DNA of 64,000 nt from Chiloscyllium plagiosum (Eukaryota), in contig NC_057719.1 of NCBI RefSeq assembly GCF_004010195.1, positions 41,113,318 to 41,177,317 on the forward strand, read 5' to 3'. Under the pieces are notes generated by a model, which was given only the letters and a program-made list of their open reading frames with translations, was not told the origin of the DNA and ran no database searches. Numbering within the stretch: position 1 is the stretch's first letter; each line of letters starts with the position of its first letter. The position numbers were made by a program, and so were the translations under genes. Shown in pieces: positions 25,513-38,878 of the stretch.

Positions 25513-25715
25513 AGAAGAAAGTGAGGACTGCAGATGCTGGAGGTCAGAGTTCAGGGTGTGGTGCTGGAAAAGCACAACAGGTCAGGCAGCATCCGAGGAG
25601 CAGGAGAATTGATGTTTCAGGCAGAAGCCCTTCATCAGGAATGCCCAAAACATCGATTCTCCTGCTCCTCAGATGCTATCTGACCTGCTGTGCTTTTCCA
25701 GCACCACACTCAATG
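25513..25715. mobile_element. Inverted PLE pLTR pair (imperfect hairpin)
   Basis: Arms about 25554-25623 and 25642-25711; degenerate TSD gtgaaaggaagat / gtgaaagaaaggt. Confidence 0.75.
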
Positions 25716-25925
25716 GTGAAAGAAAGGTGGCAATTGAGGACGCCTCGTAAAATGGAGTGTTTTACACTCAATGGCTGCTTCTTTCCTTACCACCAGGTGA
25801 TGATATTCACTGCATTTCTGTTGAGAATTGATGGTCCTGCATTTTGGAGGTTTGATTTATCTAATCAGAATGGATGCTGCCTATTTTGCCTGAAATTGGA
25901 CTTCTGATGAACATTGTCTATAACA

Positions 25926-26200
25926 GTCATGATTTGGAGATGCCGGTGTTGGACTGGGGTGTACAAAGTTAAAAATCACACAACACCAGGTTATAGTCCA
26001 ACAGGTTTAATTGGAAGCACACTAGCTTTCGGAGCGACGCTCCTTCATCAGGTGATTGTGGAGGGCTCGATCGATTTTTGCTATAAATTCTCTGTTACGA
26101 TCGAGCCCTCCACAATCACCTGATGAAGGAGCGTCGCTCCGAAAGCTAGTGTGCTTCCAATTAAACCTGTTGGACTATAACCTGGTGTTGTGTGATTTTT
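25926..26200. mobile_element. Inverted PLE pLTR pair, perfect 106-bp arms, 16-bp TSD
   Basis: Arms 25968-26073 and 26098-26203; TSD aacattgtctataaca at 25910-25925 and 26201-26216; hammerheads at 26020-26054 (-) and 26117-26151 (+). Confidence 0.9.
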
Positions 26201-27399
26201 AACATTGTCTATAACATTTACCTGTAGGCCACAATGGTGGTGACAGATATCCACAACCTGCTAAATAAATCTGTTAATAATTGTATCTGGTGGTCATGAT
26301 GAATCAGTAACAGTCACAATCATCATCACCCTCCTCTTCTTTACCTCTGGATCTTCCCAGGATTCCCATTTGCAGGATCTTTCAGTCAGATGCTCACAAG
26401 TAGGTATGATTGTTGGTATCTTGGCAAAGGTTTGCTATTATATTTGACTTTCTGGGATGGCTTCAGTCAGAATGAACGGCTCTTTATTTTGCATGACAGG
26501 TTGCTCTCATAAGTGCCGAGTAAAACAGTCTGCATAGCTCAGAAAATCCACAAATATTTGCCAACCATATTTTTCTGTCTAACATTTTCTGGGTAACTAC
26601 AATTTGCTGTGCTGGAGAATATTTTGCTGTACCTCAGTGGAATATTTTAAGACCAAGGTGAGGATATTTATCATTTCATTTAACGTTGAACGAGACTCTG
26701 CCCTCACTCAAGGTCTGAATGGACTTAGGTGAGTTCAGTATTTGTGAGGGGAAATCATTACCACTGCCAGTGATATAATCCACTCATGCTTGAATAGTCT
26801 CCTCCAGTATCTCTCTAATTATGAACAGCATGTCCAAAAATCTGTCAGACTGTTGCCTATTCTCTGCCATTATTCTTAATGCTTATCCTCTTCAGTGATG
26901 GCCCCTGGGATACATCATCTGTATCCAAATGAGCAAAGCATATCAAGGGGTGCATTCTTTGAGGTGGACTCTTCCATCTCTACCACTACTATCTGCCCTT
27001 GGTTTTGTGAAACATAGGTTACCAGGTAAATGTTCGCCTTTTCTCTATTACCTAACTGTGCAATTGTAGTGTAAATATAAGAGCTGGTGTAGGTGTGTAT
27101 GTGTATTGTGCAAATACATTCTTTCTCTAATTGAGCGCTGCTGAAGAATTGTCATCTGCAACCTCCATTAACTCTTGATGTTCATGTAAAGGCTCTATTG
27201 GCAAATACTTGTAAATGGTCTCAAGGAGCAGTAGCAAACCCAGAATGGATGGTGTGCATGTGGTGAAGCTCAACCCAAGACAGAGGTCTGTGATTGCATA
27301 AGGATGGAGAAGAATGGGAGAGGTGGATAGGTAAATTGGGATGTGAGGAAGCAGATAGAGAATGAAGGATATCTGACTAATTCAAGCACAACAGTCAAG

Positions 27400-27740
27400 G
27401 CTCACAGTTCATTCCAAGGAGGGCTGCACTGTTGGAGGTGTCATGCTTTGTACGCAAAAGGAAACAAAGCCCCAGGGGACTGCATGGGCGGCTGAGGTCC
27501 CATGAAAACGAGATTAGGAGAGTTTCCTCTCACATTTTGGCCAGTGTGCATCCCTCAATCAAAACCAAAATCAGAAAAAGCAGAGTTTCTGGTCATTATC
27601 ACATTAATATCTTGCAGATTGATGACTATATTTCCCACATTACAACAGTGACTACAATTCAAAACGTACTTCATTGAACAGGTCAATTTGAAGTATCTGC
27701 TGGTCATGAAATGGATTATGTCAATGCATTTTTTTCTTTT
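27400..27740 (+). mobile_element. Deu-domain SINE (SacSINE1/AmnSINE-like), decayed
   Basis: tgcactgttggaggtg...ggccagtgtgcatccctcaatcaa...tctggtcattatcacatt...tttcccacattacaacagtgactaca. Confidence 0.7.
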
Positions 27741-27966
27741 CTAAGTGGGTATGAGGTCACTGTACAATGTTGGAGAAGGCACAGTGATTGACTAGGTGAA
27801 GTACACAACAAGACGTAAATGAATACAAGCAAACTAAAAGGCCCCTGAAAATATTTGAACATAGTCACACGCTCCCATGTAATTTCTAAAGGACACCACA
27901 CACTCCCTCCCCACATCTTCCACCAAATCTCTTATTTAATGTCAGAACCAAATTGCTCAAATAACG

Positions 27967-28462
27967 TGAAAGGGTTCAGAAAAGATTTACAAGGATATTG
28001 CCAGGATTGGAGGGTTTGAGTTATAAGGAGAGGCTGAAAAGGCTGGGGGTGTTTTCCCTGGAGCGTCAGAGGCCGAGGGGTAACCTTATAGAGGTTTATA
28101 AAATCATGAGGGGCATGGATAGGATAAAGAGTAAAAGTCTTATCACTGGGGTGGGGCTGTCTAGAACTAGAGGCCATAGGTTTAGAGTGAGATGGGAAAC
28201 ATACAAAAAGGACCTAAGGGACAGCTTTTTCACGCAGAGGATGGTGTGTGTATGGAATGAGCTGCTAGAGGAAGTGGTAGAGGCTGGTACACTTACAACA
28301 TTTTAAAGGCATCTGGATGGGTATATGAATAGAAAGGTTATAGAGCTATATGGGCAAAGTGCTGGCAAATGGGACTAGATTAGGTTAGGATATCTGGTTT
28401 ACATGGACAAGTTGGACCGAAGGGTCTGCTTCCATGCTGTACATCTCTATGACTCTCTGACT
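27967..28462 (+). mobile_element. CR1 LINE 3' fragment
   Basis: LPGLEGLSYKERLKRLGVFSLE...WNELLEEVVEAG. Confidence 0.9.
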
Positions 28463-28747
28463 AACTTTCAATTGCAAAGCTTTCCTTAATTCAGGAAAGC
28501 AAATGAATAAAATATATCTTTAATTGAGATAACTGCACTTAGCAATGTCTCTAGAATTTTAGCTAACTTTGTTCACTTGAGATTTTATTACTGTCATCTC
28601 TTTTTCCCAGCAAACACAAGCTGTTTTGTGAATTGTAATGAAGTCTGCCTGTTTTACTAGCCTCTGGATGTTTGCTTGAGTTTGCCCTGATTGAACATAT
28701 GTTTACAACTCAGTTGCTAAAACTATCTGAAGCTATACCTCTAAAAT

Positions 28748-29900
28748 GTAGACATAAGATATTGGAAAAGGAGTGGACCATTCGGCCCCTCTAGCCTGTT
28801 GCGTCATTCTACAAAACCATGGCGGCTCAGGCCTCAACTCCTCTTTGGTGCTAGCTCCTCAATCATTCAAAAATCTATCTATACATCTTTTAATACTTCC
28901 AGGTGATCAGTTTTCCACAACTCCCTTGGTTCAAGAATTCCAGACATTCACTACCCTCATGGAGAAGAAGTTCCTCTTGCATCTTAGTTTTAAATGAGTG
29001 TCCCCTTATTCTGCAACTATGTGCCCCAGTGAGAGATTTCTTTACGAGTGGAAACATCTTCCCAACATTTGCTCTGTGAAGCCCTTGTAAAATTTTGTAT
29101 GTTTCAATAAAGTCGTTCCTCATTCTTCTAAACTCGAATAAATACAGGCCTAACTTGTTTAGCTGTTCTTTATAAGTCAGTCCATTCATCCCTGGAATCA
29201 GCCTTGTGAATTTCTTTAGTATATTCTTCCTTAAATACGGGAATCACAAGTACAGTATATAAAATATTGGCCTCAACAACTCCATGTAATATTGTAACAA
29301 GACTTCCCAGTTTTTAAACTCTAAATCCTGAGTAATTAAGGCCAAAATTCCATTCGCCTTCCTAATTACTTGCTACAGCTGCATGTTAATGCTTCACATT
29401 TCATGCACAAAAACACCCAAACCCCTTTATGTTGAACTTTAGTCGCTCTCTATTCCAATAATAGCTTACCTTTTGATTCTTGCTACCAAAGTGTATGATC
29501 TCACACTTTCCTAAGTTAAATCCTTCTGACAAGTTTTTTTGCCCATTTACTCAAGATATTCCTTGCAGATTCCTTTTGAAGATACTTTTGCTCATCGTCA
29601 CAATATACCGTCTCATTTATTTTTGTACCAGCTGCAAATTTGGATACATGAGACTCTGCCCTGTTTTCTAAGTCATTAATAGGGATTGTAAATAATCGAA
29701 GACATGGGCCTGATCCTTGCAGCACTCCACTACTTATGTTTTTCCAAACTGACTTTTTGTATTCTGTGTGTCAATCAATTCTCAATCCATGACAATAAAT
29801 TACTCCCCCCACTGCCCCCCTATTGTGAGCTCTTATCTTGTGCATTTTATGCAGCACCTTATTCAATGCATTCCGCAAATTCAAATTCACTACATCTACT
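28748..29900 (-). mobile_element. CR1 LINE, decayed
   Basis: LFTIPINDLE..SKFAAGTKI; GLTYKEQLNKLGLYLFEFRRMRNDFIETYKI. Confidence 0.85.
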
Positions 29901-30469
29901 GACTGTTTATATCTTTCTATATTTCTTGCCAATTTACTTTGTAATCAATTTTCTCCTTTTTTATTAGCTTTTCAGTCATCTACTGCTTTTCCCTAAAACA
30001 TGCCCAGTTCTCCATTGGCTTTTGCCACTTTTTTTTTGATTGGTATACCTGTGACATTACAACAGTTTTGCAACAATACCCTTGAGAAGCAACACTGAAA
30101 TGCTTGTGATCCTCACTGAACATTCTCTAAATGACCAGGTGCTCATTCATAGGAAGAAACTTCTCTATGTGTCAAACTGACGAAAGCCCTTTCGTCACAA
30201 GCTGCACATCTTTGCAAAATAGCTCAATTTAAGGCCACACTCTTTCCCTCAAGCTGGACATGTTGTTAAGAACGAATGTGCACTGTAAACAATGAACACA
30301 TTTTTGGGGATAGCCAGTCATGCTGGACTCCTTGGCATTCCCAACGAATCGTATATGGTTCAATCAGTGCACTTTTCTTTGACCCAAAATATTTTTCAAG
30401 AGCACTTATACTGCTGTATCAAGTGTAGACATGCCTTTGGTTAGTTGCTTAAATACTCACTGTCTTCAG

Positions 30470-30562
30470 CTAAGAGACAACATACGTCTTGTATCCTGAA
30501 ATCCATTGATCCCATGTTATGGGATGAATCTCCTGATGGACAAAGAAAAGATCCTAAACCAG
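30470..30562 (+). CDS. Candidate 93-nt internal exon, product unknown
   Basis: Branch-like tactcac, acceptor tgtcttcag, donor AG|gtaagt; open in phase 1-1 (KRQHTSCILKSIDPMLWDESPDGQRKDPKP); no homology recognised. Confidence 0.2.
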
Positions 30563-32570
30563 GTAAGTTTAACATTGTGGGGATACACATGAATGACACA
30601 TTCACATCAATGTGTTCAAGAGTTTTATTTATGCTTCTAAAATGTCTAAAATTGCTGCACTTGGGCTCACAGCCTTTAATGTAGATTCACTTTCTCAGGT
30701 ACCACAGGTAGGCCTGACTAATGGCATAGAGAACAACCAACAGACTATTCATAACTAACAACTAAACAATTATCTGTTACACAAACAACGTACCATCTCA
30801 TGAAAAGTCATTCCTGAAGCATTGCCTATTTATTTCCAGATGCTGACTCACCTGCTGGCACTTTACAGTTTTGTTTTAGGAAAGTAGTAGTTGGAGTTTT
30901 ATTTCCCCCTTTATTCATTGCGGTTGTTGCGACCGGCATGTGACTCTTCCACAGTTTGTGAGCTATGTGCAAAAGCAGAAAGCTGTAAGCAAGGAATTCA
31001 CTTCCTTTCACTGGTGAGCTGTGTACCATAAAATTAGGTGGTCTCAAATGTATTTGCATTTTGAAGCAGTTTCTAATTATTGTGTCTATTTATTCATTAT
31101 ATTATTCCAACTTATTTTTAAGTCTTCATTAATTGTCAGATGGTAACTGAATACAGCCTCAGAGCTTATATTTACATTGTTAAAATAGATGGATTTGGAA
31201 CTATTTCATACCCATTTGAAGTTATCCATGCGGTTTGGTCTGGTAGGCAAACAACAGCTATCCTTGTGAGCTGAATATTTTGTTTTTCAGTTCTGTAGCA
31301 TGTTGAAAATAATAGTTTGGTGATTTTGTCTACTACTAATTTGAACCTCTGACTTGAATTCTAATGCTCCTGAGTTAATTATTTGTACTTTTAAAATATT
31401 TGTCTTTGTAGTCAGATGAAAGAACTATCTTAATTATGCATGAATCTATCTTTTTCTAAATTAAAGCATATGCGTGGTCAATTCTGAACTGTAGAATATT
31501 GTTCGTCAAGCAAACATATGAAAATCCATTGAACTAAGGGTAATGAAGACAGAAAGAATTTAATTACTGTACTCTGGATGAACAATACAACACTAAATTG
31601 CAATAAGGCTTGTAAAGAGATAGACAGAATTATTAACTATAGTAATCAGCTGGGATTTGTATTTGGAGCAAAGCGAGAGAAACCTCCGGTAAATAACAAA
31701 GACCAAAATGCTTTCCTTGTTATGAACAGACTAAAATAAATGGTGGAAACTATGCATTTTGTGCATTCTGGCTGGATAATAACTGTAAATGAAAACACAA
31801 ATTTTAGACAAGGTCCCAGAGAGCCCAGAAGGAGTGAGGCAACCACAGCTTTAAATGATGGTGCATTTTATTTATAAGATGTAAAAATTTCTTCTTTGAA
31901 TTCATCTAATTTCTCATAAATATGAATTGCCTTCACACAGAGAAAATCAAATGGAGATTTTTTTAAGAATATACCCTAAGCTATACAAATACTGAAAACA
32001 GACACAATTTCTGATGAACATTTAGCCTATGGTTATAGCTTGTTTAATGCATTTTACTTTATTGCTCTGCGCTGGTGTGAGCCTTGGGCTCAACACTAAG
32101 CTATCGGTGAGTGAGGAACACTTACGGACTTTGACATGAAGAATCTCCATTACCAAATTATGTGACTATTTCATTTGAACTACGGAATGAAGAATATTGC
32201 TTCAAGTAATCTGGAGAGGTGCTACTCTTCTTTAAATTTATAATGAAAGAGAGTGCCCACAAATTTATTTCCTTGGAATATTAAATGCTGTATTAACCTA
32301 TATTCTGGTTATCCATAGATGGGGTTTGATTTTTGTTGAAATAATCAATGATAAACCCTGTATGCACATTGGCCCCAAAATTACTAGGACTATGATACTG
32401 GCAGCTATTCCAATGCATGATGTGTAATGATAAGCGGATGGACTCAGGAAATCCTAGGGTTCCATGAGTCAGTTGTTCAAGCACTGGTTGATTCAAGAAC
32501 ATCTAAAACCAACATATTCAGAAGCCATCTGTTTTGACTGGTGATGGACAGTTGACAATGTTTGAATGCC

Positions 32571-32830
32571 AGAACATAGAACATAAAACAGTACAGCACA
32601 GTACAGGCCATTTAGCTCTCGATGTTGTGCTGATCTTTTAACCTACTCTAAGATCAAACTAACCTACATACCCTTCACTTTACTATCGTCCATGTGCCTA
32701 TCCAAGAGTCGCTTAAATTTCCCTAATGTATCTGACTCTACTACTACTGATGGCAGTGCATTCCATGTGCCCACCACTCTCTGTGTAAAGAACCTACCTT
32801 TGATATTTCCCTGAACCTTCCGCCAATCAC
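32571..32830 (-). mobile_element. CR1 3' end fragment
   Basis: FFTQRVVGTWNALPSVVVESDTLGKFKRLLDRHM; (agaacat)n tail. Confidence 0.85.
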
Positions 32831-33995
32831 TAGGCAGCTGGAGTCTTGTGGAGGAGCCAAGGGAAGCATTCAGAGTGGGTGGCACTCGCAATGTAACAAC
32901 CTGTGGTGTCTGCTCCTGATAGAACATTGGGAGACTTGACCAAAAACCTACTGCTGTCAGGTTTGACAAATGGGGTGATATTCTCACCTCTGAGTCAGAT
33001 TGTAGATTGTAGATTCATTCCACAGCCTTGAGACTTGAGCACATTATTCCTGTGTTATTAAGCAGACATCATTACCACTGTCAGAGACATAAGCCACTCA
33101 TGCTTGAACCCATTCAGTCAAGACAGGAATTGCTCTTATTCTGGTGATCCTGGTACCATCAATAACAGGCACAGGTTATGTGCAGTTCAGAGGCTTGGTC
33201 AATGTCAATCACCTGCTCAGGCCAGTCACAGTCAGGGGATATGTCTAACCACAGTCCAGGGATCTGTAGGACCATCACAAGGTGTCAGGGGACCAGGACA
33301 GTCATGTCTAGGGGCAATTGAAGCCAGTCAGTAATTTGTAGCAAATACAATCCTGAGGGTATGCGATTTGATCATTAAGGAGGGTGAGAGTAGGGGCAGT
33401 AGTAGGGGAATCATTGCTGAAATGGATGGAGCAGTCAAGACTGGAGGTGGGTGGGAAGCAGAGTCATGTATTGAGTTGGGGACAGGGTCTGTGATGGAAG
33501 AACACTCAGGGTGCATTCGGCGTGGAAAGAACATCATTTGTGGGCATTATAGGTAATGGGAAGGGGTTTATTAGTAGATATCACCATCATGGCCTCCACA
33601 GAGGGACTATAGACGCGCAAGTTGAGCACTACAAAGTTGTAAAGTTGAGGCTCAGGTGAGGGAGAACAGTTGGAGGCAACATCCAGGAGTCAGTATCAGT
33701 TTGATGAGTGAAAGTGCAGGATCCAAGTCTGCTGGATGCTAGGATATTGAAGATATTGAAATCAAAGGAGAATTGCATCATGCCATTGATGTTTGCAAAT
33801 CAAACACTGGAATCACAAAGATGTAGAAGTTAGCTACAATAATTTTAAAGAGGCAAATCCTGATCAAAACTGTCAAACCACTTGTGAAACTTGCAAGGGT
33901 CGCTGTCCCCTTTAACCTCCTCTGCACCGGGGGTGGGGGGGGGGGGGGGGGGGGGGGGGGGAGGAGAACATTGCTTCATCATATGTCATGCAAGT

Positions 33996-34745
33996 TTTTT
34001 TAAAACATATATATTTAAAAAAAATTTAACTCTTTTACAAAAGGCAAAAAAATATATAAAAATACAGAAAAACAGAAATGATGTCAAAATATTATACTAT
34101 AGTAATGTTAACAATAAACTACCTGCTACTGTACGGGATACAAGTGTCTCACATTTACTTAACTTGAACTAAAATAAAATAGAATTGAATTAAATTACAA
34201 CCAAATTAAATTAAATTATATTACATTACATTACGTTACCACGCTCGCTGCACCTCCACCAAAGCTCCCGTCCACAGGAGGAACAGCTATTATACCCGTA
34301 TTCACTAGGCCTCCTCCCTCTGGGGTCCCCGGACAACCACATACAGTCCTCACAGCTATATAAAGGCTCTAATCAGTATCGCCAACAGATCCGTGTCTAT
34401 GTAGTCTAACAAGGGCCACCATGTCTTATAACATTGTTCCATTCCATGGCGCACCATTCTTGCCAGATAATTTTGGGGACATACTCTATCACAAGTCTGT
34501 GCCACTCCACAAGACCTGAGTTTTTTTCTGATATCCAATTCATTATAATGTTCTTCCTTGCACAATGTGTAAGAATGTGAAATAACCTCTTCCCGTGCTC
34601 ACCAGAGAGGGCAGATTCTGCAGTCCCAAAAGAAGAGATACTGGATCCGTCTTAATTTCAGTTCCCAGGATCTTCTCCAGCTCATTCACTTTGGCACCCC
34701 AATCATGGAAGTCTGACTGAAAACAATGATTGAGGTGGGTCTGCA
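33996..34745 (-). mobile_element. L1/Tx1-type LINE 3' fragment
   Basis: THLNHCF...WGAKVNELEKILGTEIKTDPVSLLLG...WWPLLDYI; T-rich left end. Confidence 0.6.
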
Positions 34746-34809
34746 ATGGAAGGGGAGTTAAGCAAAGGAAACACTCCCTTTTTGACTGTAAGGCATTGGT
34801 CCTTCAGTT

Positions 34810-35060
34810 TGTATGGCCCCTTTGTCAGGTTGGCACACGTGCTGTGAGCAGCGCCGTGGTGGAACAGATGATAGGCCTCCTGGAGATAGAATTCTGCTGC
34901 TTGGATCAGTCTGGGGGTGCTCTCCAGCCAGAGAGTGGCACAATATGGGCTAGGCAACGAGATGATGTGTTAGATGCCGAGGAACTGGGAGAGTGGGGGC
35001 AGTCTTCCAAGGAGGAAGAAAGAAGTTCTCCTTGTCCATGTCAGAGCTCAGCTGTGTAAG
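34810..35060 (+). mobile_element. Harbinger (HARBI1-type) transposase C-terminal remnant
   Basis: AVVEQMIGLLEIEFCCLDQSGGALQ matches the VExxIGLLKxRFRCLDxSGGALQ motif; acidic tail follows. Confidence 0.7.
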
Positions 35061-35095
35061 GTGCTACAAACCAGACTGCACCTAACTGACACCCC

Positions 35096-35629
35096 GAATT
35101 GAATTGAATGATTTATTGTCACTGGTATTTCACAAATAAATAGTGAGAAGTGTGATGTGTTACTATGCTCTGGCGCCATTTTGAATTACAGGAGATATGG
35201 AAATTTAAACTAAAAACATACTTCATCTTCCTCCCTCCTAGTGTTCCACTTGGGTAGGGTGTCTCCACAGCGGGCTCCAGGCTGGCTACCATCACCGCTG
35301 CAATGCTTCCCCTCCGAGGAGTCCTGGTCTAGGCCTGGACCTGCACCGCCAGGGGTACCATAGCAGAACTACCACACCTTCGCCGATTGAACCGCTGCTT
35401 CGGTTAATGCCAGGAGGACTGAATTGGGCCTACTGCATCGCTGCAGCTGAAGCACAATATCTCCAATTCTGATGGTGACCGTTGATGCTGCCTTCACCAC
35501 CCAAAAGAAGAATGAAAAATGAAAGAGAAAACACAGAACAGAGAAAGTTGGATTCAGCTGGCCTACCGCTCGGCAGCGGGTGGGCTCAGGAGCCTGAAGG
35601 CTGCCTGCCCTGCTGTCACTGCCAACTTG
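35096..35629 (-). mobile_element. Non-coding retroposon with Rex1-like 3' end
   Basis: Minus strand starts caagttggcag and ends cttctcact...gtgacaataaatcattcaattcaattc. Confidence 0.5.
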
Positions 35630-38600
35630 TTCCAGTAGATAGGAGCTGGTTGCAGACTATCAACATGCAATGCTAAATAATTGTTGGTCAGCGTTTGATT
35701 TACAATGTGAGTGTGGCTTCTCATTATTTAGTTTTTCTTCGCTTTTGCTGGCTGTAAGTAACATCTCATGTTTAGAACTGTGTGGCAAAATGTGATATTC
35801 CTCTACTGGACAATGACAGGATGTGGCATTGGGACAGAATAGCAGTAATTAAGAGAGGATGTTTAGACAGGATTTAACTAAGGATAGGTAAACTGTGTGG
35901 CTTGGTGGGTAGACACTGATATAGGTGAGAGAATGAGGTTATATGTGCGAGGGACTGTCAGCCATGCCAGCTGTGTTCAGTGAGTGATGTGGCTTTGTGT
36001 CTGCTGTGTTGTTATTTATCAAAGAAAAGCTGCACTGGATGTCCAATACTTGTTTAGTTGCATGATGATCTTGTAAAGATGGTGTGGATACGCGGAATGC
36101 TGACATCCACAGAGTAGAGTGTTATTCTGGACATGGCATGTGGTAAGATGAGGTTTGAATCTGATGAGAAAGACACCATATTGGTAGGTTAGGTGGTTAA
36201 TGTGGTGAGTTTGGTAAGATACCGTGAGAAATCTTGCTCGGAACCACGGTGAAAAATCTCTAAAATACTCAACTCAAACTGCAATTGGCCAAAACAAATT
36301 GCAATGCTTAGCATTTTTACTTAAAAATATAGTATTGACCATACATTGGGTTATCCAGACATAAATGCATTATCTCAATGCAAGCCCTTCCTTCTTTTTG
36401 CCAAAGTGTTTTGTAAACATCTGAGAATCTGCTTTAGTATTCGACCTGACATTGTTGCGACAGAGATCAATAGTTGAATGTTTGCTTGTGTGGATATGAA
36501 TATTCATAACATTCAAAGTTGTGCTTTCTTCGGTTTTTCAGGATGGCTAATGTGGGTCTTCATCAGCTGTAGGAAAATTCAAATGCTAAATCCACAGTGA
36601 TCCCTATTTATACTGAGCTGCATGGGAATTGCATACAGAGCTACAACTGATGGGATTTCAAGGCAGCAGCTGGAATATGCTGGTGCAATCATATTTAACA
36701 ACATGAAAGACAAATAGAGCTTTGAAATCCCAGTGAGTCCTCAGACAAAAAGAAACTTCCAAGTGCACTGTATTTCCAAGGCCCACAATTCCAATTGTAC
36801 CATTGTGCCATCAAAACTGAAGAGGAGCAGTATTTCTGAATGCTGCCTGCACCATCACACTCCGCTGGTCTTAGGAGATTGTTGGCAGAGCATGATGGGA
36901 AAACAGCTTCCAATAGCTTCAGTGCATCAGTTTTTAAGAGCTGCAGGATGTAACTGATTCATATCAGGTCTGCCCTGTCATTAATCTGCTGGGGAGGAAA
37001 TCAGTCAAACTGAACTCAGGGGATGGAGGTAGACAATTTTGCATGTGCAATGAAGCAAGACCCTACTCCTGCTTCCTTCAAGTTGGAGAGAAAATTTTCA
37101 CACATTTTTGAGCCCCTTATAAGACCCTTTAAAACATAATAGTTCAGCCTGCCTTGCCCCCCCCACAAAAAAGTCTAAAGATTTAAATATTAAAATATAA
37201 CTCCTTTACCCAATCTAGGCCTGCTTGAAAATCATGTCAGCTGAACTGCAGGTGACTTTGGGGTTTGAAGTTTGAGCATTGATATTCAACCCTTACATTG
37301 TGAGGAGCTTGAGGCTAAAGGCTCATATCAAAATGAGTGGGGTTTGAGGCCTGAAGCTAGTGTAGGGAAGAGAGTAAAGTGGACCAATAACTGACAACGG
37401 GGAGAGTTATTCTTGTAATGACTTCATTTCATTCAATATATCTACGTAAATGATGAATATGCATAGACATACGCAAATAAGTTTATTATTAATGAAGATT
37501 TCTCAAAGATTACATATTTATTGTTCCAATTATATATAACTCTATCTTACTCCCTAATTACCAGTGATTGTTTCTAAGTATTTTTACATTGGTTGTCTGT
37601 AAAATGCATGTATATATGCACATGGACAATGTTAGATTGTTAAAGCACTACTTTTGCTTTCTCCCATCCTGGTCATGGAATGATACAATGAATATGGAAT
37701 TTTTTGACTAATCACCGAAATCAGTTTCTACCAATTAGTCCACAACAGGCACAGAAATGACACAGGATAATCTTGCAGAGTTTTGCAAACTATTGGTCAT
37801 TCAAAGTATAACACTGACTTGAAAATTGCCATATCATGTCTCAGGTTATTCACATACAAAGGTCTGAAATGTCATTTTGTGAAAGATAGCTACTAAATTT
37901 CCAATTGAATGAATCAATACACATAGGTAACGGTGCTATATAAATGCATGTTGTTGCTTCCACTGTCTCCCAAGGGAGCCTGTTCAGTAGATTGAATGCT
38001 CGCTCTTGGTTTCAGCAGATTCATTGTCAATTTATCTCCCTGTTGAGCTGGGGCCTCTGTTCTGGAAGTCAGCAAAGTATCTTGTCAAGATCTATATTAC
38101 CTTGTCACTTACAATCCTAAAAATAGCAATCAGGTCACCTCTTAACCTTTTCATTATAAGTGAGAATATGTGCAATTAGTTAATTATCCCTTGGGATGGT
38201 GGGGGTGCAGTGCAGGATATTGGCACTAAGACATAATGCTCATTTGGAGACTCAGTGCAAATATGATGGGCCAAATGGTCTTCATCTGCACTGTAACAAT
38301 TTTGTAATACTGTGATCATCCAGTCAATCCAGGTCCTCGTATTTGTTGCTGTCTTCTCTATTCTTTTAATTCAATCGCAGTGAAATCTTTTGACAATCAG
38401 AATGATACACCATATCCTGAATTCAGTATTACCAATTATTGATAAAGTGGCAGGATTAGTTCACTATTTCAAGTTAATATTGAATTTCTTGCGACATAAA
38501 ACTTGAACAAACAGAGAGCCCAGAGATTATAAAGTAAAGATTCTTTATGCGGCTAGCATCAAACATGAAGGGAAATTAAGTTTAAATAAGGAAGACACAG

Positions 38601-38878
38601 TATCAATATTGAATTAAGCCTGTGGTTTACATTTGATTGTGGAAACCCTTTGTCTGTCTGTTGCCTTATTATAGCTAAAATATTCAGGTCCACATTAATG
38701 GTAACCTTCTCTTCCTGTTTAATCGATCTGCACAAATAGCAAGGGGTGGGATGATATCCAGAATTTGCTCACGAGGAGATTCTTAGCTTTTTCTAATTAC
38801 TAGCACCTTCTGAGGGATCCAGGCTCTGTAGCAGATCAATCCTGAGCGCATCTTGAACTGTTACTAGACTTGAGCTAT

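Noticed and set aside
30178..30197. Small perfect hairpin tgacgaaag-cc-ctttcgtca preceded by c (CTGACGA)
   Set aside because: No GAAA/NUH arrangement follows, so it is not a hammerhead; a stem this short can arise by chance.
33928..33961. Poly-G run as a G-quadruplex element (also 1714-1730, 59099-59110)
   Set aside because: Simple homopolymers of unreliable length, with no evidence of function.
36522..36600. Strong splice acceptor ttcttcggtttttcag
   Set aside because: All three downstream frames stop within 20 codons and no convincing donor was found.
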